Positions 28,027 to 32,000 of a stretch of 32,000 nt of DNA are shown piece by piece. Position 1 is the first letter of the stretch. Every line of letters starts with the position of its first letter. The DNA is from Coriobacteriia bacterium. GTDB lineage: Bacteria > Actinomycetota > Coriobacteriia > Anaerosomatales > Anaerosomataceae. Under the pieces are notes generated by a model, which was not told the DNA's origin, did no database searches, and worked only from the letters and a program-made list of their open reading frames with translations. The stretch is taken from the NCBI GenBank assembly GCA_049658145.1, contig JBASOJ010000051.1, forward strand, positions 13,449 through 45,448, read 5' to 3'. Both the position numbers and the translations under genes were made by a program.

Positions 28027-28556
28027 GCCGCGATCACTACATCGTCGACGGCTACAATGTCCTCTATGCCCATCCGGTCCACAGCCGCGAGGCGCGGCGC
28101 GACCTCGATGTGGCGCGTGCGCACCTCGTGGCGGACCTCAGTGTCTTTGCCGAGGGCGGGCAGAGGACGACGGTCGTCTTCGACGGCGCGGGCAACCCCT
28201 TCTCGGACGGTTCACCGCATCACCTGGGCACGCTGACCGTGATCTTCTCGGCGGCAGGCACGTCGGCGGACACCGTTATCGAGGCGCTGGCGCAGCGCTA
28301 CCGCGAGCGGGGCGAGTCCGCGGTCGTGGTGACGTCCGACGCCGCGACACGTGATACCGTCGGTTCCGGCACGGTCTCGGTGCTCTCCTCCGAGCGCTTC
28401 GTCGCGGACCTTGTGGACACCCGGGACGCCGACACGCGGCTCTCTGATTCCGGAGCCCGTCGCGTCCCGGTCGCGCGCCGCATCGACGAAGACGTCGCCG
28501 TCGTGCTCTCGCGGTGGGCCCGCGGGGGCCCTCCACAGCAGCTTCAGCGGCCTTAA
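28023..28556 (+). CDS. NYN-domain RNA-binding/ribonuclease protein (YacP/Rae1-like)
   Basis: 177 aa. YIVDGYNVL...VVFDG...VTSD pattern. GTGA start/stop overlap with rlmB. Same position as Bacillus yacP. Confidence 0.8.
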   Translation: MSRDHYIVDGYNVLYAHPVHSREARRDLDVARAHLVADLSVFAEGGQRTTVVFDGAGNPFSDGSPHHLGTLTVIFSAAGTSADTVIEALAQRYRERGESAVVVTSDAATRDTVGSGTVSVLSSERFVADLVDTRDADTRLSDSGARRVPVARRIDEDVAVVLSRWARGGPPQQLQRP

Positions 28557-28575
28557 GAAAACTCATCGCCGGAGG

Positions 28576-28594
28576 TCAGGCTTGTTCAGGCTTG
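28576..28594 (+). repeat. tandem direct repeat TCAGGCTTG-T-TCAGGCTTG (10-bp phase) just upstream of the sigH -35
   Basis: Read directly from the sequence. The second copy ends 10 nt before TTGACA. Confidence 0.6.
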
Positions 28595-28604
28595 CCAGAA
28601 CTCG

Positions 28605-28632
28605 TTGACACGCTCCCTTCCGATGTTATCGT
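28605..28632 (+). promoter_or_regulatory. putative sigH promoter
   Basis: TTGACA (28605-28610), 16 nt spacer, TATCGT (28627-28632). Confidence 0.45.
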
Positions 28633-28713
28633 CAGTAGTGCTCCACAAGTACGGCGATTCACAAGCGGCCCTTAGAGGCCAATCATTCCTCCCCCTCGAG
28701 ACCGGGGGGCTTC

Positions 28714-29379
28714 GTGGGAGGGAACGGAGAATTGCAAAGGGCACTTGGGGACTCACGACGTAGACTCGACCGCTGCGACGAACTCACGCTCATCGTCGCA
28801 GCCCAACGGGGGGACGAGGCTGCAAGCTCATTGCTCGTATCGCGGTACCGGGGGTTCGTGCGCTGCAAGGCGCGTTCCTACTTCCTCGCTGGCGCAGACC
28901 GCGACGATGTCATCCAGGAAGGCATGATCGGCCTGTACAAGGCCATTCGTGACTACGATCCTTCCCGCCAGGCCAGCTTCCGGTCGTTCGCCGAGTTGTG
29001 CATCACGCGCCAACTCATCACCGCCATCAAGTCGGCCACCCGGCAGAAGCACTCGCCGCTCAACAGCTATGTCTCTCTCAGCCGCTCGGCCAGTGTCGAG
29101 GACGAAGGAGATAGGGTGCTCGCCGACATCCTCGCAGCACGCGAGGTGTGCGACCCTGCCGAGATCGTCATCTCCGCATGGGAGACCGTGAGCATCCGCG
29201 AAGGCTTCCTGCAGGTACTCTCGCCCTTTGAGACCGAGGTGCTGCGCCTGTACGTCGACGGCAAGTCGTACCAGGAGGTGGCCGAGTCGCTGGATCGCGG
29301 CGTGAAGTCGGTCGACAATGCACTTCAGCGCATCAAGCGCAAGATCGAGTTCCAGATCGAGCTCGTTCACGCCTGCTAG
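28714..29379 (+). CDS. sigH: RNA polymerase sigma factor SigH (sporulation/stationary-phase sigma-H family)
   Basis: Strong resemblance to B. subtilis SigH as I recall it: YRGFVRCKARSYFLAGADRDDVIQEGMIGLYKAIRDY...FAELCITRQLITAIKSATRQKHSPLNSY...KSVDNALQRIKRK. Start is either GTG 28714 or in-frame TTG 28732. Confidence 0.9.
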   Translation: MGGNGELQRALGDSRRRLDRCDELTLIVAAQRGDEAASSLLVSRYRGFVRCKARSYFLAGADRDDVIQEGMIGLYKAIRDYDPSRQASFRSFAELCITRQLITAIKSATRQKHSPLNSYVSLSRSASVEDEGDRVLADILAAREVCDPAEIVISAWETVSIREGFLQVLSPFETEVLRLYVDGKSYQEVAESLDRGVKSVDNALQRIKRKIEFQIELVHAC

Positions 29380-29975
29380 CCGCTGGTGCACCCTGCAGTC
29401 GTCCCGCTACAATGGTGCGCGCCGCCGGCGTAGCTCAAAGGCAGAGCAATCGCCTTGTAAGCGATAGGTTGCGGGTTCGATTCCCTCCGCCGGCTCCACA
29501 CGAACACGATGGCCCGGGCAACCGCCCGGGCCATTCGCATCGTCCGCCATGCGTCTCTAGCCCGCGTGTATCTCCTGCGGGGCCATCGGGTCCCGAAGAG
29601 GCGAGCGAGATCCAGGCCGATGATCGGGTCCGGACGATCGCCTTCGCCGACGACTTGCCGCTGCACCTCGAGAACCAGTATGGAGCCGCCCAAGGCGACG
29701 GTGCACACGCCGCACACGATCGCGAGCGTCGCGAGGGTCACGGGCCACAGGATGATGGCCGGCGTGGGCACGGTGGCGTAGGCGACAGCCGTGACGAGCG
29801 CCATCGCCACGCCATGCAATCCCTGGTCGAGCAGGAACACCGCGAGTCCCGAGGTCTCGGGATCACGCCGCGCACCGATTGACGTGGCCGAGATACAGAC
29901 CCAGAAAGAGTGCCACCACGTCTCCCGCCAGCGGGTTGCCGCGTTCATTGTGCATATGTGCGAGGGTCGCGCCAC
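29376..29975 (-). CDS. hypothetical membrane protein (3' boundary doubtful: the ORF runs antisense through the hairpin, tRNA-Thr and the sigH stop)
   Basis: High GC3 and 2-3 hydrophobic helices between about 29640 and 29860 (LAVFLL...AIILWPVTLATLAIVCGVCTVALGG). Codon quality drops after about 29600 (AGG AGA ... AGA). There is no convincing SD at GTG 29975 or ATG 29948. Confidence 0.3.
   Translation of the reverse strand: MARPSHICTMNAATRWRETWWHSFWVCISATSIGARRDPETSGLAVFLLDQGLHGVAMALVTAVAYATVPTPAIILWPVTLATLAIVCGVCTVALGGSILVLEVQRQVVGEGDRPDPIIGLDLARLFGTRWPRRRYTRARDAWRTMRMARAVARAIVFVWSRRRESNPQPIAYKAIALPLSYAGGAHHCSGTTAGCTSG
29424..29498 (+). tRNA. tRNA-Thr (anticodon UGU)
   Basis: Acceptor GCCGGCG/CGCCGGC, anticodon arm ATCGC-CTTGTAA-GCGAT, T-loop TTCGATT (one C-U mismatch in the T stem), encoded CCA. 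Confidence 0.85.
29508..29533 (+). terminator. hairpin after tRNA-Thr (11-bp stem)
   Basis: ATGGCCCGGGC-aacc-GCCCGGGCCAT followed by TTCG. Confidence 0.5.
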
Positions 29976-30039
29976 TGCGCTTCACCGCAGCCGCGGGTTG
30001 GTCTAGCATGAGGGAGGGTACCGCGCGGAGGAGGCGGCT

Positions 30040-30453
30040 ATGTCCAACCAGGAGTTCCTGTCCCGCGTACCGATCTTCGAGAACCTGCTGCCTGATCAGA
30101 TGGCGAGTATCCTCGCCGTGGCACAGGAGCACACGTATGCGCCCGGCCAGATCGTCGTCACTCAGGGAACCCCGGGTCAGGCGTTCTATCTCATCACGTC
30201 GGGCGAGATGGCGATCGAGCGCGACGGGCAGGCCCTCGGCGCCTTCGGGCAAGGAGACTTCTTCGGGGAGATGTCCTCGCTGGACAGCGCAAGGCGCTCG
30301 GCCACGATCCGGGCCATCGATGAGACGCACTGCCCCATGCTGTCGAGCTGGGACTTCAAGTCGCTGCTGGAGCGTGTATCCTCCATCGCCATCCGGCTGC
30401 TCGAGGTCTTGAGCAGACGTCTTCGCGTCGCCGACGAACGTCTCGCCCGCTGA
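30040..30453 (+). CDS. stand-alone cyclic-nucleotide-binding domain protein (no DNA-binding or other output domain)
   Basis: 137 aa. VPIFENL...G.....G......Y.I.SG...I.....FGEMS...RSATIRA is the CAP/PKA-type cNMP-binding fold. The protein ends right after the C-helix. Confidence 0.85.
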   Translation: MSNQEFLSRVPIFENLLPDQMASILAVAQEHTYAPGQIVVTQGTPGQAFYLITSGEMAIERDGQALGAFGQGDFFGEMSSLDSARRSATIRAIDETHCPMLSSWDFKSLLERVSSIAIRLLEVLSRRLRVADERLAR

Positions 30454-30473
30454 CCGCGGAGGAAGGGGGAGAG

Positions 30474-31094
30474 GTGCTGCTTTCTGGTTCGCCCCTCATG
30501 CACGAGGTGGGTAAGCGCATCCTCGGCCGCTATCTCGAGGTGTCCGGAGCACGAAACGTGGAACTTGCGCCGTCCATGCGTACGGACGCCACCGGTATCG
30601 ATATCCGTCGACTCGATGGTCCTGACAGCGTGTCGGCCAAGGTCAAGGTGGACTACTACTGCGGCACCGATGCCGCGAAGATCGCCAACCGCGACTTCAC
30701 GTTCTATCGCGCCGACACGGCGAGCTACGCCCTCGAGGCGATGGCGGATACCGCGACGCGGTCCCCCGGCTGGACACAGACATCACTTGCCGAGCAGTTG
30801 CTCTACTACCGGCTCGCGATCCCCCGTGCTGAGACCGAGATCGCTGCGCTGCTCGAGAGTCCGGACGGCGTGTTCTTCTCCGAGCTGGGCGTCGAGCGTG
30901 ACGACCTTCGGATCGTGCCGTTCCGCGAACTCCGCTCATGGTTCGAGCGCTCGCACGACCAGTATCCGCCTCGACCGGTCATCAGCGGGGGCCGTTCGGC
31001 CTGGTATCGCATCGTGCCCATGATCGAACTTGAAGCGGCCGTCGCCGGCGTGCGGGTCGTGGGGCCGATCTACGGTTCGTTGAATGCGCGATAG
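30474..31094 (+). CDS. hypothetical protein, unknown family, coupled to the cNMP-binding gene
   Basis: 206 aa. GTG start 20 nt after the upstream stop and directly after GGAGGAAGGGGGAGAG. High GC3. I recognise no motif. Confidence 0.6.
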   Translation: MLLSGSPLMHEVGKRILGRYLEVSGARNVELAPSMRTDATGIDIRRLDGPDSVSAKVKVDYYCGTDAAKIANRDFTFYRADTASYALEAMADTATRSPGWTQTSLAEQLLYYRLAIPRAETEIAALLESPDGVFFSELGVERDDLRIVPFRELRSWFERSHDQYPPRPVISGGRSAWYRIVPMIELEAAVAGVRVVGPIYGSLNAR

Positions 31095-31179
31095 GTCCGG
31101 ACCGGTTGCTCGACGCCAGAGTGTCGTCGACCGTGTCTGAGCAGTGCGACTTTGGATACGCCCGGCACCGTTGTAGTCG

Positions 31180-31209
31180 TTGACACTGCTTCTCGCGATG
31201 CAGTAGTAT
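31180..31209 (+). promoter_or_regulatory. promoter of the tRNA-Tyr/Thr/Met(-tuf) cluster
   Basis: TTGACA (31180-31185), 18 nt spacer, TAGTAT (31204-31209). An AT-rich stretch TTTTTTATTG lies just before the first tRNA. Confidence 0.55.
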
Positions 31210-31272
31210 TCCTCTCGCCTGTCGCCAGGCAAGCAACTTGAAAACGTGATAGAGTGCGGCTTTTTTATTGTT

Positions 31273-31357
31273 GGGAGTGTGCCCGAGTGGCTAAAGGGGA
31301 CGGGCTGTAAACCCGTTGGCTACGCCTACCTTGGTTCGAATCCAAGCGCTCCCACCA
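31273..31357 (+). tRNA. tRNA-Tyr (anticodon GUA)
   Basis: 85 nt. Acceptor GGGAGTG/CGCTCCC, anticodon loop CTGTAAA, long variable arm, T-loop GGTTCGAATCC, CCA. Closely parallels E. coli tRNA-Tyr. Confidence 0.9.
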
Positions 31358-31392
31358 CCGATGATCCTCCCCCGCAGGGGTGCGGGGTTTCC

Positions 31393-31469
<77 letters not shown>

Positions 31470-31503
31470 GTAGTCACCGCGTCGGCCGCCAGGCCGACGT
31501 CAC

Positions 31504-31580
31504 GGCGGCGTAGCTCAGTTGGTTAGAGCACACGGTTCATACCCGTGATGTCACTGGTTCGAATCCAGTCGCCGCTACCA
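31504..31580 (+). tRNA. tRNA-Met, elongator type (anticodon CAU)
   Basis: Acceptor GGCGGCG/CGCCGCT, anticodon arm CACGG-TTCATAC-CCGTG. It lacks the three G-C pairs of the initiator anticodon stem. A lysidine-modified tRNA-Ile2 cannot be excluded from sequence alone. Confidence 0.8.
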
Positions 31581-31739
31581 GGCATCATCACGGAGACGTG
31601 GCAGACTCGTCTTTGTGCCGTACATACAAGACGCACCATGCTGCTCGTGATCGCGCCGCGATCACGAGCAGGCCGGAGACGGGACCTGTCACCCGCGACC
31701 GGCTGAGGTCGCAACCAGGTCCTTTGAAGGAGGAGACTC

Positions 31740-32000
31740 ATGGCCAAGAAGAAGTTCGAGCGCACCAAGCCGCACATGAACATCGGCACCATCGGTCACG
31801 TCGACCACGGCAAGACCACCCTTACCGCTGCGATCACCAAGACGCAGTCCGAGAAGGGCCTCGCCGATTTCACCCCGTTCGACCAGATCGACAAGGCTCC
31901 GGAGGAGCGTGAGCGCGGTATCACCATCGCCATCGCGCACGTGGAGTACGAGTCGGACAAGCGCCACTACGCGCACGTCGACTGCCCGGGTCACGCCGAC
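31740..32000 (+). CDS. tuf: elongation factor Tu, N-terminal part (3' end outside window)
   Basis: ATG 31740 follows GAAGGAGGAG. Reads [34 protein letters not shown]...[13 protein letters not shown]...DCPGHAD. Not in the ORF track because no stop lies within the window. Confidence 0.95.
   Translation, partial: MAKKKFERTKPHMNIGTIGHVDHGKTTLTAAITKTQSEKGLADFTPFDQIDKAPEERERGITIAIAHVEYESDKRHYAHVDCPGHAD

Overview
High-GC (roughly 65-70%) bacterial chromosomal window, densely coded. I saw no rRNA, CRISPR array, transposase or integrase. From about 15.4 kb to the right edge is a housekeeping block in the order greA-lysS-clpC-radA-disA-yacL-ispD-ispF-cysE-cysS-rlmB-yacP-sigH-tRNAs-tuf. That is the classic Bacillota (Bacillus/Clostridia) order, here in a high-GC genome. 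The first ~10 kb is more accessory: an NlpC/P60 3' fragment, MFS and EamA transporters, an orphan pilT, VanZ and a small redox locus. The redox locus holds a ferredoxin plus a thioredoxin-fold ORF split by one in-frame TGA (a candidate selenoprotein), both under a palindromic operator. Next come a sensor-less MCP translationally coupled to RidA, and a 708-aa membrane-anchored cytochrome c with 24 haem-binding motifs that ends in three tandem hexahaem modules. The window also holds 5 tRNAs (Pro-CGG, Thr-UGU, Tyr-GUA, Thr-GGU, Met-CAU), Rex, TatA and a SAM-hydrolase/YhaM-like/MTAP cluster. A 3-gene islet (membrane ORF, stand-alone cNMP-binding protein, unknown 206-aa protein) sits between tRNA genes upstream of tuf. 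Many long ORFs in the track are antisense artefacts of high GC. All product calls come from reading the translations and recalling family motifs; no database search was run.
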